64,000 nt of DNA from Octopus sinensis (GCF_006345805.1 NC_043001.1:44330001-44394000); one strand, 5' to 3'. Shown: positions 1 to 12,532, counted from the stretch's first letter. Notes: generated by a model not told the origin, from the letters alone. Program-made: numbers and translations.

Positions 1-595
1 CTTGCCGTGTTCCCAAAACATGTACTGAGAATGATAAAAATCAAATATTCGGTCAACATCATGATGTTTGGAGTGATCACTAGTGATGGCGACATTATGC
101 CTCCATTCAAGTGTCTGGAGGAGGCAGTGCAACCCTGGGTCTAGAGTCTGACTGCTGGAAGAACCTATGTCTGGCAATAGGACTCTGCACCAAGCAGAGA
201 ACACAGTCATGGCTGTCAGATATTTTCTGCGACCACAATACCCCTAACATCTGGCCACCTAACTCCCCATACTTCAATACCGTTGATTATTATGTGTGGG
301 GCGCAGTTGAGCGAGAGACAAACAAAACTCCTTTTAACACCAAAGATGAACTGAAGGCAAGGATTATGGCAGCACTGGCCAACTTAAACAAGGAGAGCGT
401 CCAGAATAGCTGCAGGAGATTCTGAAGTCGTCTGGAGGCCGTGGTTGAAGTCAATGGCGATTTTATTGAATAAATTTGCTCTTTAGTATTTCAAGATACT
501 TTAATGTAATTTTCGTAATATATCTATTAAAATGAGATATCAGTATTATTTACATCTTTGCGTAATTTAGACGACAATTTATTCACCGCACCCTA
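1..595 (+). mobile_element. 3' part of a decayed Tc1/mariner-superfamily transposon (maT/DD37D-like) with right TIR
   Basis: ORF 111-425 contains WLSDIFCDHNTPNIWPPNSPYFNTVDYYVWGAVERETNK, a transposase C-terminal motif. Upstream DNA encodes an NIMMFGVITSDG-like motif. The element ends ...TTTATTCACCGCACCCTA followed by a TA run, the reverse complement of the terminus at 6467. It has two small internal deletions relative to the 6467-7361 copy. Confidence 0.88.
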
Positions 596-599
596 TATA

Positions 600-674
<75 letters not shown>

Positions 675-1064
675 ATAGATAGGAATACAAAACTGTGGAG
701 CTGATGATGCGAGGTAATGAAAGCTAATATGTGAACGCTCTGAGCTTATGTGGCGTGTTTCATTTCTAAGTTCTCCAAGAATGTTTCCTTCTCCAGTAGT
801 TTGAATGAAATATTTATATGCATTATGCTGCTAACCTGCACATCACTACATGTTTATTTTGCATATCAACCAACAATATCATTGCTAGTGACGTTGATGT
901 TGTTCTTTAGTCTCAAGTGAACCCAAATCCAGCAGGTTGACTATTAAAGGCGTGACCATTTCGTCTTTTTCTATTCTTAGTCCACGTTATATATTATGTC
1001 TGTTTTTTTAATGCACTAAGTTATGAAAGTTATGATTTGATGAAGTTTTAGCTAATCTTTCTAG

Positions 1065-1172
1065 AAGATACATGCAGGCTTCTTTTCACGATCTTTCTGC
1101 TTGGTTTCAAGTCAACCCTGAACGAACACGCCTATCATTGAACGCTTTCCAGACCTGGATATCTATGTACAG
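1065..1172 (+). CDS. Candidate isolated internal exon (108 nt), unassigned
   Basis: CTAATCTTTCTAG acceptor, AG|GTAAGC donor, length divisible by 3, one open frame (RYMQASFHDLSAWFQVNPERTRLSLNAFQTWISMY). No protein recognised. Confidence 0.2.
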
Positions 1173-1230
1173 GTAAGCAAGCACCACATCCATTTTTAAG
1201 AAGCGAGAATGAAATCTGATAAAGTTAGGT

Positions 1231-1299
1231 TGCTATGTCTAGCAGGTCGAGCAGTCATATATATAATATATATGACTACTCGACCTGCTAGACATAGCA
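1231..1299. repeat. Fold-back inverted repeat centred on a short TA tract
   Basis: TGCTATGTCTAGCAGGTCGAGCAGTCATATAT / ATATATGACTACTCGACCTGCTAGACATAGCA, near-perfect arms with one mismatch. Confidence 0.9.
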
Positions 1300-1308
1300 G
1301 TGTGTGTG

Positions 1309-1343
<35 letters not shown>

Positions 1344-1354
1344 TGTGTGTGTGC

Positions 1355-1424
<70 letters not shown>

Positions 1425-2047
1425 CATACATACATACATACATACATGCATACATACATACACACATACATATATATACGTATATTTATACATACATATA
1501 TATATCACTGAACTGAATGAAATGATAAAGAGGAATTGTGTACACGCATGTGCATTGTAACCTTTTCTTCGGTCCTTCCTCCGATTCTGTCATTTACCAA
1601 TAATAATTAAGATATAAGTGCTGCGCAATCCCATCCTCTTACAATTGTACTTTTTCATCTGTATGTCTACTCCAATCCTTGGTTTATCGTTCATCGTCCA
1701 GAAATCTCGCTCCGAACAACAGACATCAAGCAGTACTTACCAATTTATTGCCTCTTGTTTTATCAGAAATACAAGCAATTATCATACTCAACACCATACA
1801 CATACTTCATATAAAGGCAACAAAATACTCGGAGTTACAATACCTGCACAGTATTCATTGCATACATACAAAACATATTGAAGTAAAATCGATTCCCAAA
1901 CATATTCATAACAATTACAACTCTCATATTTGGTCAACAGAAAGAAACCGCAGTAGGGCACAAGCAATACATTAAATTCATTACGGACTGTGCTAATCTT
2001 CCATGGAACCCTTATCTCTCTACAGTAAACTATAATATACAACACCA

Positions 2048-2277
2048 GCGGTGAGCTGGCAGAAACGTTAGCACGCCAGGCGAAATGCTTAGTAGTATTT
2101 CGTCTGCCGCCACGTTCTGAGTTCAAATTCCGCCGAGATCGACTTTGCCTTTCATCCTTTCGGGGTCGATTAAATAAGTACCAGTTACGCATTGGGGTCG
2201 ATGTAATCGACTTAATCCATTTGTCTGTCTTTGTTTGTCCTCTCTGTGTTTAGCCCCTTGTGGGTAGTAAAGAAATA
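2048..2277 (+). mobile_element. tRNA-derived SINE, family B (GCGGTGAGCTGGCAG head)
   Basis: A-box-like TGAGCTGGCAG and B-box-like GAGTTCAAATTCC. The body GACTTTGCCTTTCATCCTTTCGGGGTCGAT recurs at about 11.4, 18.5, 19.8, 36.1, 46.4-47.7, 51.9-52.2, 54.6 and 58.4 kb. Confidence 0.85.
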
Positions 2278-2658
2278 TATAATATACAACATATTACACA
2301 AAACGGTGCACTAAGCATTTTTATTGTTTGTACACAATCCATATCTACAGTTCCTTTACACAACGAAATGAAAATACTGAAAATGTAAGAGTAGTTCAAC
2401 ATGTGACGAACACAGCTTGTTATTGCAGCAAACTTCAATCCTCGTAGTCACTTATACTACAAAAAATATCACCTACAAACGTCCAGGTGTATAGTCAGAG
2501 CTCCAGAATATTACTAGAACACCATGAAAAGAAATAAAGAAACAATATCTAACCCACTCAGTTCAAGAAAAAACAAAAAAACAGACACAAAGGAATAAAT
2601 GAATCATCAGTAACCTTACAAGTCCAAAACATTGTGTTGAGACGTTCACCAACAGTAA

Positions 2659-2918
2659 CAAATAAATAAATCCGCCCTTTTAACGCCTAGCCAGGCTCAT
2701 GGGCCAGGTTTCCCAGTTTCTACGGTGCATGTGTTCCCCAGCTGAACGGGACGCCTATCCATCGCAGCGTTACTCATTTTTGCCAGCTGAGTGGACTGGA
2801 GCAACGTGAAATGAAGTGTTTTGCTCAAGAACACAAAGCGTCGCCCGGTCCAGGAATCGAAACCACAATCTTACGATCATGGTGCTGACACCCTAACCAC
2901 TAAGCCACGCACATCCAC
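2659..2918 (-). mobile_element. tRNA-derived SINE, family C, with 13-bp TSD
   Basis: Minus-strand head GTGGCTTAGTGGTTAGGGTG...GGTTTCGATTCC. TSD TCACCAACAGTAA at 2646-2658 and 2919-2931. Confidence 0.9.
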
Positions 2919-3917
2919 TCACCAACAGTAAGTGGAAAGGAAGTGTCAAGCTCTGATCGAGTACAATTTGACCGCCTACGTTATGGCCATCTCAGTAATC
3001 TATGAGATTACAAAACTAGACTCGACAATAAAGAGAGTACAAAAAGTCCAGAAGCTCACGCTACATCGTATATGATTCACCACCACATGGCCGGATTGTG
3101 CAATATGGTCCACTACAATTCGTAGTCATGGTATATCTAGGAAGATGGTTTCGTGAGCTAAGCCTATGTTCTTTGGAAAGGCTTTGTACGAAAGCTCTGC
3201 ACAACCGGAACTGACTAGAAGCTACATAACAACAACAACAGCTACCGTCATGCAGTTACGACACCACCATCAAAACTTCTCCATTGCTATCACAGTATGA
3301 GGCACATCAATAACATCACAACTTCCAGACTAACAACACCACTAGCGATACCAACATCATCGGCAGCGTCATCATAGCAAGCATAATATTGGAACTATTA
3401 CCACTACGACTACTATTAGCAGCAACGCCAACACGTCGGCATAATCGACACCACTTCTGTTACTACCATAACTTTCAACAACAACGTCAACACTATCATC
3501 AACATCATCACCAACACTAACACCACTACAATTTACACCGCCGCTCCTAGCTCATACACAGACATACACCAGTGAGCACCCTTGATAATTCTGCCTCTAA
3601 TTACAAACAAATTGATAGTGTTTGAAGATAAAAATGTAATTATATATATACGTGTGTGTGTATGTTGTGTATATATATTGTGTATGTGCGTAAAATATAT
3701 ATATATATATAAGATATAGTCTTTAAGCTAAATGTCGAATGAGACACAAAGGACACATGAAAGCGAGTCGAAATGAGTAACAGCTTACTCACTGCAGGCT
3801 CGCTTTCATAATTGCACCTCGTTTTTTAACATGTATAAATGCCTTCTACGTTCGATCCTAGATTACACCTCGGAAATATCTAATTTTATTATGACTAAAT
3901 GTAAGGGTACACGCGCG

Positions 3918-3957
<40 letters not shown>

Positions 3958-4419
3958 ATGCACACACGCATGTATGTGTGGTTGTTTTTGTGTGTGCGTT
4001 TGTGTGTGTGTTGAAAAGGTTAAGATATTTCAGACAAGTATATTTATACTGAAAATAAAGAGAAAATGCTTTCAGAACTTTATCATAAACAAAAGGGGGG
4101 AAATATGTACATTTTTATCAAAATTTGTTACCGGTTTCTATTTCCAAGAATATTTAGTCATTCAATAAGTCATTCAATATTTAGTTATTCAATATATTGC
4201 ATTAAATTAAATTAATCTTCCATGATAGAAATTTTGAAAGTCCACGTTTTTCTTACGAAACTCACATAGTAGTAGTTGTTTTTCTTCTTAGAATAAGTAC
4301 TTACAAATAATAAGCCCTGGGGTCGATTTGCTCGACTAAAAGCGGTGCTCCAACATGGCCGTAGTCAAATGACTGAAACAAGTAAAAGAGTATAGAAGCG
4401 ATTGCGCAACCAACAAGAA

Positions 4420-4930
4420 AACTAAATGAGTTTCGATCTAAATAATATAATAAAAGACCCGCTTCAAATTTTATAAATGATCCTCAAACCAGAGACATGG
4501 GAAAATTTTTTAAGAAATGTAATAACATTTTTAAAAAACATCTATCCGCACACAATGAGAAACAACCAGCGAAATCTTTTCGAAGCACATTAACGATACG
4601 CAAAATTCAGCATATACAGCTGCGTGCGTGCACACATACACGCGAGTACTGTCCAAATCTCTGACCAATCACATACGGCTAGCTGGCATTCAATTGGCGT
4701 ATCAAGCTTCGGGCATTTTGATTGGGTTTTGGATAGAAAATTCACAAAAAAGTCACTTCTATTGATTTTTTTTATGACTTTGCGGGGTGACTGGGGAAAT
4801 GTAAAGATGTGCACGACCACCCTTGGACGGTTTTGAATGACCATAGAAAGTGCGAACCCTCTAACTGAAAAATTGTGGATTTGTATAAAGGACACGCACG
4901 CAGACATTTTGCCGTTTATATATAGAGAGA
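4420..4930 (-). mobile_element. Probable non-autonomous Helitron-like element (5' end visible, 3' end not located)
   Basis: Minus strand begins A|TCTCTCTATATATAAACGGCAAAATG, a Helitron-type 5' TC start after A. The left boundary is approximate. Confidence 0.45.
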
Positions 4931-5154
4931 TAAGTCGCCTCTTATGAAACTTCTAATGTGTTTGACGAATGGTTTGAATTGGAAATCTAAAACGTTGCTT
5001 AGTCGGTGGATTTCGTGCACTGTATTAGCTATTATTAGCGTCTAGTGACGTTAATGTACATGTCTGTGGATCTTTTGTATGCTTCACTTACTTTTTCACG
5101 TTTGTGAATTTAAAGACAGTAACATTTTCAGAAATATTTTTTCTATATGCATGC

Positions 5155-5195
5155 ACTAGCACTATGACCCGGCGTTGCCGGGTCATAGTGCTAGT
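5155..5195. repeat. Perfect 19-bp-arm palindrome reading as a Helitron-type 3' end on both strands
   Basis: ACTAGCACTATGACCCGGC-GTT-GCCGGGTCATAGTGCTAGT: GC-rich hairpin, 7-nt spacer, CTAG|T. Confidence 0.8.
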
Positions 5196-5810
5196 ATATG
5201 ATAAATCACATTCCGAAAACAGTTAATGAAAACCTCTGATTGTATCTTTAAGTATACTGAATCTTTATACAAACATCCCTCATGGTTTTGAAATTGAAAT
5301 TACAAAATTTGGGTTTAAAACTAAAATTCCTTCTAGAAGATAACCACTTTATGTTTCATGAAAATTTTAAATCTGGAACAGTGCCCCACTCGTTTCTAAA
5401 TTTAGTTATAGGTTATCGAAAGATCACGATATATCAAAAGTATCTACAAAAATATGACTGATCGAACGCAGAGAAACTAAAAGAATTTTAAATTCTTTTC
5501 AATAGAATTAACAAAATTATACAATTTCGAATATATTCGAAACCGACTCGCATTTTTACATATCTTAATCAAGATAGTCAACGACCAACTAAATAGTCAT
5601 ATTCTATAAGCATATGAAAATTGCAAGATGAGGCTTCATGTAGCTTTAGACCGAAAATAACTGAATAGAAAAAGCATTTTTTATATTTTATCTTGTAACT
5701 ATCTCAGCCATTTAGACTGCGTCCATCCTGGGTACCGCCTTGGAGGGTTTTAGTCGATTAAATCACCCCCAATACTTTTACATACATAGGTGGGTGTACT
5801 CTTTTTTACT

Positions 5811-6222
5811 CTTTTTTTACTCTTTTTATTGTTTCAGTCATTTGACTGCGGCCATGCTGGAGCACCGCCTTTAGTCGAGCAAATCGACCCCGGGACTTAT
5901 TCTTTGTAAGCCCAGTACTTATTCTATCGGTCTCTTTTGCCGAACCGCTAAGTTACGGGGACGTAAACATACCAGCATCGGTTGTCAAGCAATGCTAGGG
6001 GAATAAACACAGACACACAAACATATTCACACACACTTATATATATATATACATATATACGACAGGCTTCTTTCAGTTTCCGTCTACCAAATCCACTCAC
6101 AAGGCATTGGTCGGCCCGGGGCTATAGCAGAAGACACGTGCCCAAGATGCCACGCAGTGGGACTGAACCCGGAACCATGTGGTTGGTTAGCAAGCTACTT
6201 ACCAAACAGCCACTCCTGCGCC
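5811..6222 (-). mobile_element. Full-length tRNA-derived SINE, family A (octopus OK/OR-like)
   Basis: Minus-strand head GGCGCAGGAGTGGCTGTTTGGTAAG...GGTTCAGTCCC, internal TA/CA tract, tail ...GACTGAAACAATAAAAAGAG. Many homologues occur in the window. Confidence 0.9.
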
Positions 6223-6410
6223 TGAAAGCTCCTAATTTTTGGTAAAAGAAAATACAGGAGGATCAGTCAATTATGATTTCATCCAATATGTTCCCCTCTC
6301 AGATTCACACACTTATTGCAGTGGTCCTTCAGTTTTTCTAAGCTCGGAAGGTTGGGCCTCCATCCAGGCCTTTCGCGGCACTCTTAAAATCAGGAACTTT
6401 TCTGCAACCC

Positions 6411-6446
<36 letters not shown>

Positions 6447-6466
6447 ACACACCACACACACACACA

Positions 6467-7361
6467 CAGGGTGCGGTGAATAAACTGTCGTTCAAATTAC
6501 GCAAAAGTGAAAATAACACTGATATCGCATTTTAACAGACATATTTACTAAAATTGCGTAAAACTATCTTGAAATACTAAAGAGTAAATTTATTTGATAA
6601 AATCGCCATTGGCTTCAACCACGTACGGAATCTCCTGCAACTCTTCCGGACGGTCTTCTTGTTTAAGTTGGCCAATACTGCCATAATCTTTGCCTTCAGT
6701 TCATCTTTGGTGTTACAAGGAGTTTTGTTGGTCTTCTCTCGATCAACTGCGCCCCACACAAAATAATCAAGGGGGTTGCAGTCTGGGGAGTTAGGTGGCC
6801 AAATGTTAGGGGTGATGTGGTCGCAGAAATTGTCTGATAGCCATGATTGGGTTCTCCTGCTTGTGTGGAATGGTGCAGAATTCTGTTGTCGGACATAGGG
6901 TCTTCCAGCAGCCACCCTCTTGACCCAGGGCAGCACTACCCCCTCCAAGCACTTGATGTAGGCTTCCGTGTTGAGTCTGAGGCTGGTTGGAAAGATGAAT
7001 GGAGGCATAACGTCGCCATGACTAGTGATCAGTCCAGACACCATGATGTTGACTGGATCAGTCCAAACGCATCATGTTTACTTTTATCATTCTTGGTACA
7101 TATCCTCAGATTGCACTGTCTTCAGATTGACACCAAACACTCTGAAATGTTCGTATTGGAGCATCCGGCATGAATGCCAAGCAGTACAGCATGTCGTTTC
7201 CAAATTTCTAGCAAAGTGAATTGCGTCATGGTGCTGTTTCTTCTCACATACGGCGCCCTACTGACCCTACAATACTGTGTAATCGACAAAATCCAAAACA
7301 AGCAATTCTCATGCGCGAAATAAAAAACATAAAATGGCGACAATTTGCCCATCACATCCTA
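6467..7361 (-). mobile_element. Internally deleted maT (DD37D) transposon retaining both ends
   Basis: Termini CAGGGTGCGGTGAATAAACTGTCG (6467) and minus-strand TAGGATGTGATGGGCAAATTGTCG (7361) form imperfect TIRs. An HTH-like N-terminus (EIWKRHAVLLGIHAGCSNTNISECL) is joined near 7100 to the catalytic C-terminus (ORF 6577-7044). There are 37 residues between the second catalytic position (QQN, D mutated) and the D of NPLD. Confidence 0.88.
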
Positions 7362-7920
7362 TATATATATATATATATTATATATATATATATGACCGGG
7401 TTCCACACAGTTTTCGTCTACTAAATTCATTCACAAGTTCACAAGGCATTGATTGGCCTGGTGCTTTAGCAGAAAACACTTATCCAAGGTGCAATACAAT
7501 GGGGACTGAACCCGAAACTACGCGGTTGCAAAGCCAGCTTCTTAGCCACGCATCCATACATGTGCCTATATCTAAAACTACCTTATCCAATGTGTATTTC
7601 TACCATTCTAAACCAACAGCCTAATCTGAGTGTGATTTGGCTGCTATTTCTATTCGGTGGATCGACTACGGCGAGAAGCCCTTGTTCGCACTTCAGTTTT
7701 GGTATAATGGTTGTTATTCTTATTCTTGGTACTTTTATTTTATTCCATTTTATTTTTATTTGCCAGGATGGTATCCAATGTCTTCCTATACACCGCTGTG
7801 TCTATAATTTCATGGAAATTTTTCTAATTTTTATTTATTTTGCTTTTCCTATTTGTTACTATTTCTATACTAATGGTTTCCTAATGTTTTCCTAATGTTT
7901 TCTCTTTCTCTCCTTCTTTG

Positions 7921-8007
<87 letters not shown>

Positions 8008-8400
8008 GCAAACATACACATATAGGCATTTATGTGTGTGTGTGTGTGTGTGTGTGTGTTTGTGTGTGTGCGCGTGTGTGCATCTCTTGCTGTAGTTTGG
8101 ATTCATTATGGAGCAGTTAACTATTTGCTTTTTATTTGTTTAGTTTCTTTGGGGGGTAAGGTGTTGTTTTTTGTTTTACATTTTTTTTTATTTTTCATTA
8201 TATTTTAATTATTTTATTTATTTATTTATTTATTTTGTTGAAGTCCCAGTGTTTTAAAAACAGGGTAGAAGAGAGAACAGGGGCGGCATACTTTGAAAGG
8301 CAATTAACATAGGAGGAGAGACAGTTCAGAATCTCTAGTATACTTCCTTAGGGAACACAGTTCATTAACTTGTTCTTGCTTTGAGCGTTCCCTACCACGA

Positions 8401-8440
<40 letters not shown>

Positions 8441-8903
8441 GCGCGCGCACATACATGCACACACGCACAAGCACGCACTTGCATAAATACACCAACACAC
8501 ACACACACATATATATATAAACACATAAATCCTAACATACACACACATACATGTACACCTACATATATGCACATACACACCTATACATATATATACATAG
8601 TTAAATACATATATAGACACATACATATGTACATACATACTTGATGTTTTGCTGGGTTCCTCTAATTCCGTTATATTACTTGTTACCTTAAACCGCCCGT
8701 CTAAATTCTGTGTGCATGTATGTATAGTGTGCGTGTGTGCGTGTGTGTGTGTATAAGTGTAAGATCCAAGGATCCAGATGCAAGAAGTTCCTTAACTTCG
8801 AGTAGTCTGTAGAAGGTATAAAAAACGACTTTCAGGAACACTAGTGTTTCTGGCGTAAAAGGCTGTAAATTTTTCCCATATCGAAGTACATATATATATA
8901 TAT

Positions 8904-8952
<49 letters not shown>

Positions 8953-9642
8953 TAGTAATAATAATAGAGTATACCTATCAGTAATGTACCTATTATGATT
9001 ACTGGAAACAGCTGTAAGGCAAATTTGCTCCAATAAAGGAATAATATGTAATCACCATTATTTTGAACTTGTTCTTTATATATATGTGTGTGTGTGTGTG
9101 TACGTGTGTGTGTGTATGTGTGTGTATACGTGTGTGTGCGTGCGTCGGATCCTCGGCGACTAAACCAGCACCCTCACGAGGCTAGCCTAGAGACTAGTGT
9201 TGGGAAAACACCAGCAGGACTAAAAACAAGAACTGCCAAAATGACCAATGAAACCGGTACAGGCTGAGCGACTAGGTAACAATAACACCGGCCACCAGAA
9301 ATTCTTCTTTGATGTCCGGCGTGCTAAAAGACCACTGGGTGCGAGGCACCTCTTAGCTTTTGTTATAGCATGTCTCCAGAGAAGGAATTCTCTCTCAAGT
9401 AAAACCTGACATGTATGGAACGGCATCGAATATCTTTGGAATTTTCTGTTTGCGTTTGAAATCATGGTGCTCCCACATTCTTGAGTCCACGACCCATATC
9501 ACTACAAAATATCTTACCTCGGTTTGTCTCTGACTCATATCAAAAAGATGCAGAGAAAGCCTTATTGGGCCTAGAATTTTGCCCTGACATTGCGCCAGTG
9601 ACTATCATACTCGCCTAAGTGTTGACAACCATCACACACACA

Positions 9643-9692
<50 letters not shown>

Positions 9693-9696
9693 TATA

Positions 9697-10020
9697 GTGA
9701 AGGTACGTAGTTTAGTGGTTAGGGTATTCGGCTCACTATCGCAAGGTCATGAGTTCAATTCCTAGCGACGTGTTATACCTTTGAGCAAGACACTTTATTT
9801 CACGTTGCTCCAGACCACTCAGCAGGCAAAAATGAGTAGTACCTGTATTTCAAAGGGCCAGCATTGCCACACTCTGTGTCACGTTGAATCTTTCTGAGAA
9901 CTATGTTAAGGGTGCATGTGTCTGTCGGGTGTTCAACTATTTGCCTGTTAATTACACAAAAAGGCTTAAATGATCAGATCAACTGGAACCTTCGTCATCG
10001 TAACTGACGGAGTACCAGAG
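9697..10020 (+). mobile_element. tRNA-derived SINE, family C, diverged
   Basis: Head TAGTTTAGTGGTTAGGG...GAGTTCAATTCC and body GAGCAAGACACTTTATTTCACGTTGCTCCAG are shared with 2659-2918 and 31003-31326. Confidence 0.8.
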
Positions 10021-10230
10021 ACGTCTCGCTTTTATCCTTCGAAACGTAGAGTAGATGAAACCATAGCGACTGAAGAAGGGGTTTTTTCTTTGTGTTAATT
10101 TTTTGTTGTTTTTAAAAAAATGTCCAGTTCCTTTGGTTTGTGTCTATGTTTTCGTTTCTCTTTGTGTTCGACGTCCCTTTGGTGTCCTGTACTCATATAT
10201 GCGTGTATATGTACATGTAGAGGTAGGTAC
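10021..10230 (+). repeat. Dispersed unclassified repeat (also about 13950-14140 +, 14520-14680 -, 41040-41190 -)
   Basis: Shared blocks TTCGAAAC..GAGTAGA..CTGAWGAAGGG..TTCTTT followed by a T-rich tract ending TCCTGTAC(C/T)CATAT. Confidence 0.65.
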
Positions 10231-10270
10231 GTACATATATGTTTATATATATGCATATGTTTTATTTCAT

Positions 10271-10325
<55 letters not shown>

Positions 10326-10334
10326 TATATATAT

Positions 10335-10416
<82 letters not shown>

Positions 10417-10738
10417 TGATTGATTGATAGATAGAAAAGAACATTATTATTCTAATCAATAATAACATTAGTGGTCGCGAGCGTAAAAGCCGTATAGGCA
10501 AAATCAATAATAATATTTAAGATGTGTAAATATATTTATATATATACTAGGGTACTACCTAAACTCTTACTTCGCTAAAAATAGAAGTGAAAATACTCCT
10601 AAAACACTGAAGAATCACTAAATTGATGAAGGCATGATAGGACAAAAAATTTAGTAAATAAGAACTGGGCCTTACCTCTGCAAAGGATGCAGAAGGAATG
10701 TCAGTTAATCTGATATCATGATGTGTCTGTGTGTGTGT

Positions 10739-10806
<68 letters not shown>

Positions 10807-11370
10807 ACGTGTGTGTATGTACACGTGTGTGTAAGTATGTATAAATGCACATACATAGACCTTATATTCAAGCGCACATATACACACACTCAAACACTCG
10901 GACACACAAACAATTACCTTGTGCGTGAATTTCGCAGACGAAATGGGAGTGGAAACTCTTTCCACGTATACGTGTACGTGTGTCCCTGAGAGGGGGCGTG
11001 ATGTAGTGATTTGACCAAAAATATCGATAAAGTAATTAGCCAATTGAAATTACCATTGCTGAACAGTGTAATGTAAAGTAAAAACAATTTTACATTGAAC
11101 TGTAGGATTGATTGCTTGAATCTTTTAGCAGAGGAGGGAGACCGATGAGGATTTGGAGACTGAAACTTCGAAGTCGCTTTCAACACTGTTCTTGTAAACG
11201 AAATGTATGGTAAATATGGCAAGAAGCTTGCTTGATTCCAGGTTCAGTCCTACCGTGTGGCACCTTGAGCAAGTAACTTTTACTATAGCTTCGGGCTGAC
11301 CAAAGTTTTATGAGTGGATTGGGTAGACGGAAACTGAAAGAAGCCTGTCATACATACATACATACATACA

Positions 11371-11401
<31 letters not shown>

Positions 11402-11574
11402 GTATATATATATATAAGTCGACTTTGCCTTTCATCGATAAAGTAAGTACCAGTTGAGCACTGGGGTCGATGTAATCGACATAGCCCCCCACCGAAACTG
11501 CTGGGCTTGTGCCTAAATTTGAAACCAATATATATGCCATTTATACTGTCGAGTCACGTGCCGAAATACACACA

Positions 11575-11620
<46 letters not shown>

Positions 11621-11621
<1 letters not shown>

Positions 11622-12023
11622 GTCACGTTCTTGCTAGATTGACAGTATACAACCAATCTATCGCCCCACCACCGTACATGTCTCTACGAGAGATTTAGAA
11701 ATTCAATATTTCTTATTTTGATAATCAGTTAATAAACTTCACTGAATATAGATATATACAAATACGAAGTCGAGGCAAATATCACCAGCTGACCGGTGTC
11801 TGCTACTCTAGGCCGATGAAGCACAACGATCCTGAAACACGTGTCCCTAGATGCAGTTCCGGCAGCCGGGGGTGTTTGTCTCCCCTTCGTAAATGTATAT
11901 AAGGACACAGGGGAAAATGTGTCAAAGCCATCAGGAGGCGTTCGATGCTTCCTAGGGCTATACAGCGGTGGTGTACCCCCTACTGTCACGTTCTTGTTAG
12001 ATTGACAGTATACAACCATTCTA

Positions 12024-12024
<1 letters not shown>
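11621..12024 (+). mobile_element. 363-bp non-coding unit with 41-bp terminal direct repeat, embedded in TA microsatellite and containing a hammerhead motif (Penelope-pLTR/retrozyme-like)
   Basis: TGTCACGTTCTTG(C/T)TAGATTGACAGTATACAACCA(A/T)TCTAT occurs at 11621 and 11984. TA runs flank both sides. Confidence 0.8.
11800..11856 (+). ncRNA. Type I hammerhead ribozyme motif, probably decayed (U4 to C)
   Basis: CTGC-TAC-TCTAGG CCGATGA AG-cacaacgatc-CT GAAA CACGTG TC CCTAGA-T-GCAG. Stem I has 6+4 bp, stem III is palindromic (ACACGTGT), and the GUC site is at 11843-11845. Confidence 0.75.
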
Positions 12025-12055
<31 letters not shown>

Positions 12056-12056
12056 C

Positions 12057-12090
12057 GTAGTTCTGGATTATTTATATAATCCAGAACTAC
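12057..12090. repeat. 14-bp-arm perfect fold-back at the edge of a TA tract
   Basis: GTAGTTCTGGATTA-tttata-TAATCCAGAACTAC. Confidence 0.85.
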
Positions 12091-12496
12091 TTACCTCCCT
12101 TACAAATAATCTTTTTTCTTAGGAACTATTAGACCTGACACCGTGTATTAGCCGGTGTTTTCAAAGCTTTGCGGAAACCATGGTGCGCTTTGTTTTCTGA
12201 CTTTATAATCATCTTATAATCATTTCGTAATAATGACTTTTATTACTATTAATACTACCTCAGTCCATCTAAATGTATATATTTGTCGTTACCTGTCATA
12301 AAAAGCCTTTTTTTTATTTACAATGTGCATTTTTGTTGATTTTTTCATATTTTACCTTACATTTCCACGTGTATTTATATTCTCTTTTTGTAACATATTT
12401 CTACTAATATATATACATATATATATATATAATATATATATATATACTATATATATATATATATTATATATAATATATATAAACAATATATGTATA

Positions 12497-12532
<36 letters not shown>

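Noticed and set aside
695-745. CTGATGA...GAAAGCTA hammerhead-like motif
   Set aside because: No credible stem I or stem II.
3160-3205. TTGGAAAGGC-ttt-GTACGAAAGCTC possible decayed hammerhead
   Set aside because: The core is altered and the stems do not pair; it cannot be distinguished from chance.
10030-10085. GAAAC..GTA followed by CTGAAGA (also about 13955-14005) as a type II hammerhead
   Set aside because: The intervening sequence does not form stem I, and stem II does not pair in the required register in either copy.
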